Shown: positions 15,207 to 23,811 of the stretch, piece after piece | Position numbering within the stretch: position 1 is the first letter of the stretch | Layout of the letters: the number at the start of each line of letters is the position of its first letter | NCBI GenBank assembly: GCA_023136205.1 | Contig: JAGLRQ010000063.1 | Span: 1-32,000 of the forward strand | Origin: Candidatus Auribacterota bacterium | GTDB lineage: Bacteria; Auribacterota; UBA6266 | Length of the DNA: 32,000 nt | Reading direction: 5' to 3' | Program-made: the position numbers and the translations under genes | The notes under the pieces: generated by a model | Told to the model about the DNA's origin: nothing | Database searches by the model: none | Seen by the model: the letters and a program-made list of their open reading frames with translations, nothing else

Positions 15207-15296
15207 AAAAATTAGGGAAATGACAGAAAATTTAGAAAAACAGTGTTATTCAAATGAAGATTGGTAACCATAACCTAAAATTAGCGAATATTTCTT

Positions 15297-16637
15297 ATGT
15301 CTATAATTAACTTTGTCAAAAAGAAACTTAACAATCTGATTAGTGACAAGAAATTTGAAGAGATTTTACACGGTGGAGCTTTGAGTCTAAGCGCAAAAGT
15401 TCTCGGAGTAACAATTGGAATATTTTCTAATATAATTGTTGCCAGATACTACGGCCCTGAAATAATGGGAATAGTCGCTATTTTAAATTCTTTTTTTGCA
15501 ATTGCCGTACTTTTTAGCTTGATGGGAATGAATGTATCGCTATTGAGATTGATACCCGAGTACATAGCTAAATTTTCATATTTTTCAGCGTATAATGTTT
15601 ATAAAAAAATCCTAAAAACTGCTGTTTTTTTATCGTTAATAGTTGCGGCATTGCTGTTTTTTTCTTCTGATTTTATAGCGTCTAATATCTTTAATAAAAG
15701 TCATTTATCTATTTTGTTTGCAGTTGCTGCTATTTTTTTAATCGGGAAAACTCTTGTGCAGATAAATACTAATACGATTAGAGCTTTAAAAAACATAAAA
15801 CTTTATGCTTTTGCTCAAATTTTACCAAACTTGGTGAATTTCTTTTTTTTGGCCCTGTTAACTTCCTTGTTTTACCAAAAATATAACCCGATATATATAC
15901 AATTCTTAATAATTATTGTTGGTACTTTGGCGACTGCGTATATGGTAAAAAAACTTTTCTGTTCGAAAATTGAAAACGGAAAACCGGCAGAAAAAATTTC
16001 TTACCATAAAATTTTCAGCATATCTTCCCCTATGTTTTTAACCGCAACAATGCATTTAGTGATTTCGCAAACCGATATAGTTATGCTGGGAATCATGAAA
16101 AGTGAAGCTGATGTGGGAGTTTATAGCGTTGCGGTTAAGCTTGCTTTATTAACAAGTGCTATTTTAATTGCCTTTAATACTATCATCGCGCCCAAGTTTT
16201 CTGAATTATATCATTCCGAAAAAATAGATGAATTAGCGCATGTTGCCAAAAAATCCGCGAAATTAATATTCTGGATAACTGCTCCAATTTTAATTGTTCT
16301 TATGGCCTTTGGCAAGGGGATATTAAGCGTATTTGGAGATAAGTTCGTAGTCGCATATTGGGCGTTATTTTTTTTAATAATAGGGCAATTTGTAAATTCA
16401 GCGGCTGGTTCTGTAGGATACTTGCTTAATATGACCGGCCATCAAATAGCATTTAGAAATATAGTTTTTGCCGCGGGAATTTTAAATATTATGTTAAATT
16501 ACTTTTTAATTCCTGTTTATGGAATATACGGAGCGGCTATTGCCAGTATGATTTGTATAAGTTTATGGAATATAGCTGCCTCGATTTATGTAAAAATAAA
16601 GTTTGGATTTAGGATAGCGTATGTGCCATTTTGTTGA
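15297..16637 (+). CDS. wzx: Wzx-type polysaccharide flippase (MOP superfamily)
   Basis: About 12 predicted TM segments, typical length (446 aa) and position in a Wzx/Wzy-type locus. Confidence 0.7.
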   Translation: MSIINFVKKKLNNLISDKKFEEILHGGALSLSAKVLGVTIGIFSNIIVARYYGPEIMGIVAILNSFFAIAVLFSLMGMNVSLLRLIPEYIAKFSYFSAYNVYKKILKTAVFLSLIVAALLFFSSDFIASNIFNKSHLSILFAVAAIFLIGKTLVQINTNTIRALKNIKLYAFAQILPNLVNFFFLALLTSLFYQKYNPIYIQFLIIIVGTLATAYMVKKLFCSKIENGKPAEKISYHKIFSISSPMFLTATMHLVISQTDIVMLGIMKSEADVGVYSVAVKLALLTSAILIAFNTIIAPKFSELYHSEKIDELAHVAKKSAKLIFWITAPILIVLMAFGKGILSVFGDKFVVAYWALFFLIIGQFVNSAAGSVGYLLNMTGHQIAFRNIVFAAGILNIMLNYFLIPVYGIYGAAIASMICISLWNIAASIYVKIKFGFRIAYVPFC

Positions 16638-16669
16638 AATAAGGCAGACAAAACCAGGAAATAGCTTAG

Positions 16670-17494
16670 ATGAATAAAGCATTTAATCTCTTGAAAACAG
16701 AAATTAAAAAAGTGACAGGACTTGGCACAGTTCCGGGCAGATATCTTACAATTTTTCCTGACGACGTCTTTCTTGTTTCCTATCCAAGATCGGGAAATAC
16801 ATGGACAATATTTTTGTTGGGAAATTACTTGTTTAATACGCAAATAAATTTTTATAACTATAACAAAGTTTTTCCCAGCATATACAAATTTAATGCTGCT
16901 CAGTTATCGCAAATGAAAAGGCCGCGTATAATAAAAAGTCATGAAGGATTAAATAAAAAATATCCGAAAGTGATTTATTTATTAAGAGACCCTAGAGATG
17001 TTTGTATTTCATATTATTTTTATCAGAAAAAAAATAAAGAAATAACTATTCCTCTTGAAACCTATGTCGAAAAATTTATCCATGGCACTAATTCTCCATA
17101 TGGAGAATGGAAAAAACATGTATATGGTTGGATAAATAATAGAAATAAGATTAAAAAAGGTTTTATGTTTTTTAGATATGAAGATTTAAAAAAGAATACA
17201 TCTAATGAATTGAAGAAAATGATTAAGTTTTTAGGGTATGAAATTGATGAAAAAAAAATAAATGATGCAGTAGTAAACTCAAGTTTTGACAGTATGAGAA
17301 GGTTGGAAACAAAGCAAGAAGAAGAGGTTAGTTTTCTAAAAAAATCAGATAAGGAGATAAAGTTTATAAGAAGTGGCAAGAGTGATTTTATGGAATATTT
17401 TAAGAATTTTGATACAAGAATAGTAGAAAAGTTTAAAACCGCTTTTGATGAGTCTTTATTAAAGTTGGGGTATGAAAATGATGCAACTTGGTAA
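16670..17494 (+). CDS. PAPS-dependent sulfotransferase
   Basis: 5'-PSB loop SYPRSGNTW and 3'-PB motif LLRDPRDVCISYY. Confidence 0.75.
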   Translation: MNKAFNLLKTEIKKVTGLGTVPGRYLTIFPDDVFLVSYPRSGNTWTIFLLGNYLFNTQINFYNYNKVFPSIYKFNAAQLSQMKRPRIIKSHEGLNKKYPKVIYLLRDPRDVCISYYFYQKKNKEITIPLETYVEKFIHGTNSPYGEWKKHVYGWINNRNKIKKGFMFFRYEDLKKNTSNELKKMIKFLGYEIDEKKINDAVVNSSFDSMRRLETKQEEEVSFLKKSDKEIKFIRSGKSDFMEYFKNFDTRIVEKFKTAFDESLLKLGYENDATW

Positions 17495-18281
17495 ATTTTT
17501 TTTACGGAACACATCTTGGTATTATTTATACAGATATTTAAAGTATTTACAAGAATTTGGAGTTTCCAATAGGTGTATAAATTGCCCAGAAAAAGACATT
17601 GTTGTATGCGGCATGCCTCGATCCGGATCCACTCTTTTGTACAATATATTAAAAATAATCTTAACAAAAACATTAGAAATGGAAGACGGGTTTTGTTTTG
17701 TCGAAAAAGAATATACAAACAAAATGAATAATCAAAATATTTACCACCTAAGGAAGATACATATATTCTCGTTTTTGTTGGCTAAAAGAATAAAAACAGA
17801 TAAAACAATAGGCTTTTTTACGCATCGAGACATACGAGATGTTATTGTTTCTTTAATACAGAAAAAGTGGATTACCGATTTTGACGAGTTTATAGAAAGT
17901 GGAAGATTGCATAGAATTGTTTACACTTCCTTGCTATATGCAAAGACTAAAAATATGCATGTTTTTAGCTATGATGAATTGTTGCATAATAAAGAGGAAG
18001 CTATGAGACGCGTCTTAAGAATATTAAATCTCGAACTGGATACTACATTAATTGAGCATCTAATAAAAGAAACCTCAATAGGAAATACTCAACGTAAGAT
18101 AGCTCAAAATAAATATATTATAAAATCGGATAAAGTTATTTACAATCCGGCAACAGGCTTACATAAAAATCATATCCAAGATCCTCGTACAGGAAAATGG
18201 AAAGAATTTCTTTCACGAGAACAAATAAAAATAGTAAATAAAATTGCAAAAGAATATATATATTTTTTTAATTATGAGTAA
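17472..18281 (+). CDS. Sulfotransferase-family protein (second, divergent)
   Basis: P-loop-like PSB motif CGMPRSGSTLLYNIL and THRDIRDVIVSL. Start is ambiguous (ATG at 17472, 17478 or 17481). Confidence 0.6.
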   Translation: MKMMQLGKFFLRNTSWYYLYRYLKYLQEFGVSNRCINCPEKDIVVCGMPRSGSTLLYNILKIILTKTLEMEDGFCFVEKEYTNKMNNQNIYHLRKIHIFSFLLAKRIKTDKTIGFFTHRDIRDVIVSLIQKKWITDFDEFIESGRLHRIVYTSLLYAKTKNMHVFSYDELLHNKEEAMRRVLRILNLELDTTLIEHLIKETSIGNTQRKIAQNKYIIKSDKVIYNPATGLHKNHIQDPRTGKWKEFLSREQIKIVNKIAKEYIYFFNYE

Positions 18282-18303
18282 TTAACTTATCTGTGGAGAT
18301 AAA

Positions 18304-19770
18304 TTGTTAAAATTATTTTTGTCAACTGCAATGGCATTCTTTTTTGGGTTTTTATTTACGGCAAATTACTATTACGCAATAGTAATACTGGCGTTAGGTG
18401 CTTTAGCTTTATTATCTTTTTCCAAAAAGAATTATTTTTTAGTGCTGCTACCGTTTATAATTAGTTCAAGTTTTTTTGGATTTTTGCCTCGCCCTTTTGC
18501 CATACGAGGTCTATTTCAACAAGATGACATTGCTTTGCTTTGTCTATTATTGGGGGCAATATTTCTTTATGTTTTTTCCCAACAACAAGACGATAGAAGT
18601 GGTATTGTTTTTCCCGCGACACCATTTATTCAAAAAAATAAGTTTTTAGTTATGTTTTTTTTGGCATTTTTAATTTTTGTTTTATTTTTTTCATGGATTA
18701 AATATGGTCAAATTATTCAATCTTTTAAGGTTTTTCGAGGAATTTTTAGGTATCTCTCCATTCTGCCGTTTATGTATATACTTTTTCGAATAAGGCATAA
18801 AAATATAGAAAAATTAATCAATTGTATTGAAGTTATAACAATAATTTTATCCGTATGTTATATTTTGGATTTTGGTTTTGGAATAAAAATATTTAACATA
18901 CAGTCCCATATAGAAACTTCATTTTATGGGGTGGATATTACTCGAAACTTCTTGGCAAGACCTTATTTTTTATATTTTGTGCTATTGAGATTAATATTAA
19001 GGGGAAAATACAAAAAGTATCATATTATAGGAATATTTTCTATAGTGCTTGTTTTTTTTCTTTCTTATACTAGAAATAGAATTTTTTCATTAATATTATT
19101 TTCTACGGTAGCAATGATTATTTGCAATAGGAAGTATACAAAAAATATCTTAAGTCTTGTGAAAACCAGTGTAATGACTTCTGTCTCCATTTTAATATTA
19201 GGAGGTGTCATTTACACTGTTTTTAATACACAGTTAGGCTATTTAAGCCGCCGCTTTGATAAGGGTTTTTCTGCCTCTTCAATCAGCGAAGACTCAAACC
19301 TTCTATTACGGAAAAATATTATTTTAAGCAGGGCGAAAAAGGTTTTAGCAGTAAACCCTATCACTGGCTTAGGATATTTACACCCTGAGACAGGGGGGGG
19401 TTTTTATCCAGGCTTGTTTGTTAGAAAATCGGATGACTATGGTAGTGCTTTAGTAGGGGACCAATCTTGGGGTAATCTTATTGTAATGATTGGGTTTGGA
19501 GGAAGTTTTTTGTTCTTATTGATGTTGTTTTTCCCGATTATAATGCTAATCCGGAAAAAGTGTTTTTTAAAACAAAATATTACGTTAATTGCTGTATTTT
19601 TGGCATTGCTTGATATGGTTTTGCTAAATGCTTTCTTTAGTAACGTTTTTCTTAAGGAAGTTCTAAAAATTAGCTTTTATTATGCATTAATTATTTATTA
19701 TGCCAATTCTTATCTTTTGGGAAGCAACAATCGTAGTAATACTTATTTGTTAATAAGGAATGAAGAATGA
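18304..19770 (+). CDS. Wzy-like polysaccharide polymerase / O-antigen ligase-family membrane protein
   Basis: Polytopic, very hydrophobic and AT-rich. Has a Wzy_C-like SYTRNRIFSL segment and a large loop. Start is uncertain (TTG at 18304 after GGAGA, or ATG at 18328). Confidence 0.55.
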   Translation: MLKLFLSTAMAFFFGFLFTANYYYAIVILALGALALLSFSKKNYFLVLLPFIISSSFFGFLPRPFAIRGLFQQDDIALLCLLLGAIFLYVFSQQQDDRSGIVFPATPFIQKNKFLVMFFLAFLIFVLFFSWIKYGQIIQSFKVFRGIFRYLSILPFMYILFRIRHKNIEKLINCIEVITIILSVCYILDFGFGIKIFNIQSHIETSFYGVDITRNFLARPYFLYFVLLRLILRGKYKKYHIIGIFSIVLVFFLSYTRNRIFSLILFSTVAMIICNRKYTKNILSLVKTSVMTSVSILILGGVIYTVFNTQLGYLSRRFDKGFSASSISEDSNLLLRKNIILSRAKKVLAVNPITGLGYLHPETGGGFYPGLFVRKSDDYGSALVGDQSWGNLIVMIGFGGSFLFLLMLFFPIIMLIRKKCFLKQNITLIAVFLALLDMVLLNAFFSNVFLKEVLKISFYYALIIYYANSYLLGSNNRSNTYLLIRNEE

Positions 19771-20615
19771 AAAACATATTAATATCAATAATAACCCCTT
19801 CATATAACCAGGCGAAGTTTATTAGAAGAACTCTTGATAGTGTTTTACTTCATCAAAATCATGTAAACATAGAGCATATTGTTGTTGATGGTTATTCTTC
19901 TGACGGGACATTAGAAATTTTAAAAGAGTATAAAAACAGATATCCTGACAAATTTTCTTATATATACGAAAAAGATTCAGGGCAGTCAAATGCTATAAAT
20001 AAAGGGTTTAAAAGGGCTACGGGCGATATTATTGGATGGATAAATTCTGATGATTACTACGAAAAACATATTTTTATAGACGTAGTAAAAGAATTTAATG
20101 ATCCTTCTGTTGCGTGGATTATTGGAAATGTTATCTCAACGTATGAAGGCATTAACAAAATGGAAAAAATAGTATCCCGTAAGATAACGTATCAGAATTT
20201 ATTAAAAAATCCTGATATTGTAGCACAGCAAGGGGTATTTTTTAGGAGGGGTATTTTAGAGGCCGTTGGCGGATGGGATGATAGTTTCTATATGGTTATG
20301 GATTATGATTTGTGGATTCGTTTATCAAAGGTTGCAGATCCTAAAATGATAAATAAATATTGGGGATATTTTACGCATCATTCCAATTCCAAAACATTAG
20401 GAAAAACGAAACGTATACAAATGGAAGAGATTATGCACATCCTTAAACGAGAAAATGTTAAATATTTGCAGCGGCAAATGGCTTTGTCTAAAAAGAGATT
20501 TTATTATTATAAACAAAAACTGAAACATTTGCTTATCAAGTTGCGAATAATAGATAAAAAGTATTATTCTTATCCATGTTCTTCGAAGCGATGGGAAATA
20601 TGGAAAAACAAATGA
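19767..20615 (+). CDS. Family 2 glycosyltransferase
   Basis: ISIITPSYNQAKFIRRTLDSVL, HIVVDGYSSDGT and WINSDDYY (DxD-type). Confidence 0.8.
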   Translation: MKNILISIITPSYNQAKFIRRTLDSVLLHQNHVNIEHIVVDGYSSDGTLEILKEYKNRYPDKFSYIYEKDSGQSNAINKGFKRATGDIIGWINSDDYYEKHIFIDVVKEFNDPSVAWIIGNVISTYEGINKMEKIVSRKITYQNLLKNPDIVAQQGVFFRRGILEAVGGWDDSFYMVMDYDLWIRLSKVADPKMINKYWGYFTHHSNSKTLGKTKRIQMEEIMHILKRENVKYLQRQMALSKKRFYYYKQKLKHLLIKLRIIDKKYYSYPCSSKRWEIWKNK

Positions 20616-20640
20616 TTGGTTTGAAAGAAATGTATTGTAT

Positions 20641-21777
20641 ATGAAAGAAAATAAAAAAAATATTTTGTTTATTATTCATGACATATCGAATGCAGGCATA
20701 GAACGAGTATGTTTGAATATATCAAGAGGAGTTAATAAAGAAAAATACGGTTTGTTTGTATTTCTTTATCAGCCGAAAGGACAAAACACTTTTGATATTA
20801 ATCTGCCGGAGAATGTTATATATTTCAAGAGAGATATTCAAAAAGTAAGGAATAAAATATGGCGGGCAATGTGTTTGTTTTTTCAAATTGTGATGAGTAT
20901 AAAAAAATCGAATGCTGATCTTGTTGTTTCGTTTATTCCTTTTGTTAATTCGATTGTTTTTATTATATGTGCTTTTATGCGTTGTAAACATATTGCTACT
21001 CAACATAATTTACTATCTCGTGATATTACGTTGTTAAAAGGAAAAGCTATTCTATATAACTCGTTATTGTGGAAGTTTGTTTATAAGAGGTTACAGTATT
21101 TGGTTGTGGTCTCGAATTCAATAAAAGAAGATTTGGTCTCGAATTTTGGAGTTAAGGAGAATAAGGTTAAGGTTATATACAATGGAATTGATTTAGGACA
21201 AATAAAGCAATCTACTAAAAATAAACCGAACATTACTATTGCTAAATATATAATTTATGTAGGACGGATAGAGTATCAGAAGTCAGTTGGTACGCTTATT
21301 CAGGCTTTTTCAATAGTAAGAAAACAAGCGAATGATTTGAATCTAATTATTATGGGGGAAGGGTCGCTTTTAGGGGAAATAAAAAAAATGGCAAAAAATA
21401 TAGGATGTATGCAAACTATACATTTTATAGGTTTTCAATCAAATCCATATATTTACATGAAGAACGCCCTATGTTTAGTATTACCGTCATTGTTTGAGGG
21501 TTTTGGATGTGTAATAACGGAAGCTATGGCTTGCGGTACTCCTGTCATTGCAACAAATATTGAAGGGCCAAAAGAAATTATTACACATGGTCACAATGGG
21601 TTACTTTTTACGCCTAAAAATTATGAAGAATTAGCAACCGAGATAGAGGAAGTTATTAACAATAAAGATTTAAGAAAAACTTTAATATCTAATGGGCTAA
21701 TGACAGTGAAGAAATATACAAATATGCACGAACAATACGATGAGTTATTTGATTCAATAATAAAAAATAAAATTTAG
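20641..21777 (+). CDS. GT4-type (Glycos_transf_1) glycosyltransferase
   Basis: EX7E region LPSLFEGFGCVITEAMACGTPVIATNIEGPKEII. ATG at 20641 is preferred to TTG at 20635. Confidence 0.8.
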   Translation: MKENKKNILFIIHDISNAGIERVCLNISRGVNKEKYGLFVFLYQPKGQNTFDINLPENVIYFKRDIQKVRNKIWRAMCLFFQIVMSIKKSNADLVVSFIPFVNSIVFIICAFMRCKHIATQHNLLSRDITLLKGKAILYNSLLWKFVYKRLQYLVVVSNSIKEDLVSNFGVKENKVKVIYNGIDLGQIKQSTKNKPNITIAKYIIYVGRIEYQKSVGTLIQAFSIVRKQANDLNLIIMGEGSLLGEIKKMAKNIGCMQTIHFIGFQSNPYIYMKNALCLVLPSLFEGFGCVITEAMACGTPVIATNIEGPKEIITHGHNGLLFTPKNYEELATEIEEVINNKDLRKTLISNGLMTVKKYTNMHEQYDELFDSIIKNKI

Positions 21778-21787
21778 GAGTAATGAT

Positions 21788-22663
21788 ATGAATATAAAAA
21801 TAATTGCAGAAACTGGATGCAATCATAAAGGAAGCATGGAAATAGCGAAAGAGATGATTAATGTGGCAAGTATTTTTTGTAAAGCGGATTGCGTGAAATT
21901 TCAAAAACGTAATTTGCGGGAATTATTGTCTGAAGAGGAATATAATTCACCACATCCAAATGTGAACAATTCATATGGAAAGACATATGGCGAGCATCGG
22001 GAGGTATTAGAGCTAGATTTGGATCAGCATCGCCAATTGAAGAAGTGGTGTGATGAAATGAACATTATGTATTCGTGTTCAGTCTGGGATTTGACATCAA
22101 CAAAGGAAATTGTTTCATTGCAACCAAAATTAATTAAGATTCCCTCAGCATGTAATTTAAATAAAGATATTCTGGAATATTTGTGTGAATACTATGAGGG
22201 GGAAATTCATGTTTCTTTTGGAATGACATCACAAGAGGAAGAAAAGAAGATCATTGATTTTTTCAAAGAGCGAAAAAGAAATACTGATTTGGTTATTTAT
22301 AGTTGTACATCCGGATACCCAGTACCTTTTGAGGATGTTTGCCTTTTAGAAATTAGGAGATTGTTACGTGATTATTCTCAGGATGTGAAGTCGATAGGTT
22401 TCTCGGGGCATCATTTAGGGATTGCTGTTGATGTAGCAGCTATTACATTAGGCGCTTGCTGGGTGGAGCGGCATTTTACACTAGATCGGACATGGAAAGG
22501 AACAGACCATGCGGCTTCTCTTGAGCCCGAGGGAATAAGACGCCTTGTTAGAAATGCAAAAGCTGTTAGTTTAGCTTTGACAAATAAGAGATCAGAAATC
22601 TTAGATATTGAAAATGTACAACGTAAAAAGCTAAAAGAGGGACAAATAAAATGGGAAAAATAG
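21788..22663 (+). CDS. NeuB-like nonulosonate (sialic acid / Kdn) synthase, TIM-barrel domain only
   Basis: IIAETGCNHKGSMEIAKEMI, KFQKR, and SGHHLGIAVDVAAITLGACWVERHFTLDR. At 291 aa it ends without the SAF/antifreeze-like C-terminal domain. Confidence 0.7.
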   Translation: MNIKIIAETGCNHKGSMEIAKEMINVASIFCKADCVKFQKRNLRELLSEEEYNSPHPNVNNSYGKTYGEHREVLELDLDQHRQLKKWCDEMNIMYSCSVWDLTSTKEIVSLQPKLIKIPSACNLNKDILEYLCEYYEGEIHVSFGMTSQEEEKKIIDFFKERKRNTDLVIYSCTSGYPVPFEDVCLLEIRRLLRDYSQDVKSIGFSGHHLGIAVDVAAITLGACWVERHFTLDRTWKGTDHAASLEPEGIRRLVRNAKAVSLALTNKRSEILDIENVQRKKLKEGQIKWEK

Positions 22664-23808
22664 TGGCATTTATACCTGCTCGTGCTGGTAGTAAAGGTAT
22701 ACCTAATAAGAATATAAGGTTGTTGAATAAGAAACCTCTTATTTATTGGGTAATTGAGGCTGCGTTAGGTTGTAATGGAATTGATGAGGTTTATGTTTCA
22801 ACAGATAGTAGTGAAATAGCCGATAAAATTAATTTTTTCCAAGACAATAGACTGCATGTGATTAGTCGTAGTCGGGAAACAGCAACAGACCAAGCGACGA
22901 CAGAGAGCGCTATGCTTGAATTTGCCGAACAGTATGAATTTGATAAAATTATATTAATCCAGGCAACGTCGCCACTTTTAGAGTCAAAAGATTTAGAGGG
23001 CGCCTTAATTTCATTGATGAAATCAAAGGCTGATAGTCTGTTGTCCGGGGTTAGACAAAAGCGATTTCTTTGGGAATCGAAAAATGTTTATGCAAATCCT
23101 GTTAATTATGATTATTTATTACGTCCCAGGCGACAAGGTTTTGAAGGTTATTGTGTTGAAAATGGGGCATTGTATATAACTTCAAGAGATCTTTTGCTTA
23201 AAAGTAAATGTAGAATATCGGGTAATATTTTTATGTATGAAATGCCTGAAAATACGTATTATGAGCTTGATGAGTCAGATGACTGGATTGTTGTAGAGCA
23301 ATTTTTAAAAAACCGGATTACAAAAGAAAAAGCAAAAAAAAGGAGGGAAATTAAATTGTTGGCAACAGATGTTGATGGTGTATTAACGGATGCAGGTATG
23401 TACTATGCCAATGATGGTGAAGAGGTGAAGAAGTTTAACACAAAAGATGGAAAAGGAATTGAGCTTTTGCGAAAGAAAGGGGTAATAACTGCTATTATAA
23501 CATCGGAAAATACTAATATTGTTGAGCGACGTGCAAAAAAATTAAAAATAGATGATCTTTATCAAGGTATTAACGATAAGTTGTGTATAATAAAAAAATT
23601 AATGGAAAAGTACAATATTGAACTTGATGAAATATGTTATATCGGAGATGATCTCAATGATCTTGAAGTGCTTCAAGCTGTGGGGTTTTCATCTTGCCCA
23701 AATGATGCCGCTGAAGAAGTGAAAAATGTTGTCGATTATATTTGTGCAAAGAAAGGCGGAGATGGTTGTGTAAGAGAGGTATGTGATTATCTTCTCCGGA
23801 AAAACTAA
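22651..23808 (+). CDS. CMP-nonulosonate synthetase (NeuA-like cytidylyltransferase) fused to a KdsC-type C0 HAD phosphatase
   Basis: N-terminal AFIPARAGSKGIPNKNI and LIQATSPL. C-terminal LLATDVDGVLTD, ITSENT and YIGDDLNDL (HAD motifs I-IV, KdsC-like). Confidence 0.75.
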   Translation: MGKIVAFIPARAGSKGIPNKNIRLLNKKPLIYWVIEAALGCNGIDEVYVSTDSSEIADKINFFQDNRLHVISRSRETATDQATTESAMLEFAEQYEFDKIILIQATSPLLESKDLEGALISLMKSKADSLLSGVRQKRFLWESKNVYANPVNYDYLLRPRRQGFEGYCVENGALYITSRDLLLKSKCRISGNIFMYEMPENTYYELDESDDWIVVEQFLKNRITKEKAKKRREIKLLATDVDGVLTDAGMYYANDGEEVKKFNTKDGKGIELLRKKGVITAIITSENTNIVERRAKKLKIDDLYQGINDKLCIIKKLMEKYNIELDEICYIGDDLNDLEVLQAVGFSSCPNDAAEEVKNVVDYICAKKGGDGCVREVCDYLLRKN

Positions 23809-23811
23809 GAA

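Noticed and set aside
17062-17718. A 218-aa minus-strand ORF antisense to the two sulfotransferase genes, together with other antisense ORFs in the 16.5-24.4 kb region.
   Set aside because: It is a low-complexity F/L/I/K/N-rich translation, typical of the reverse strand of AT-rich coding DNA. The plus-strand genes carry clear sulfotransferase motifs.
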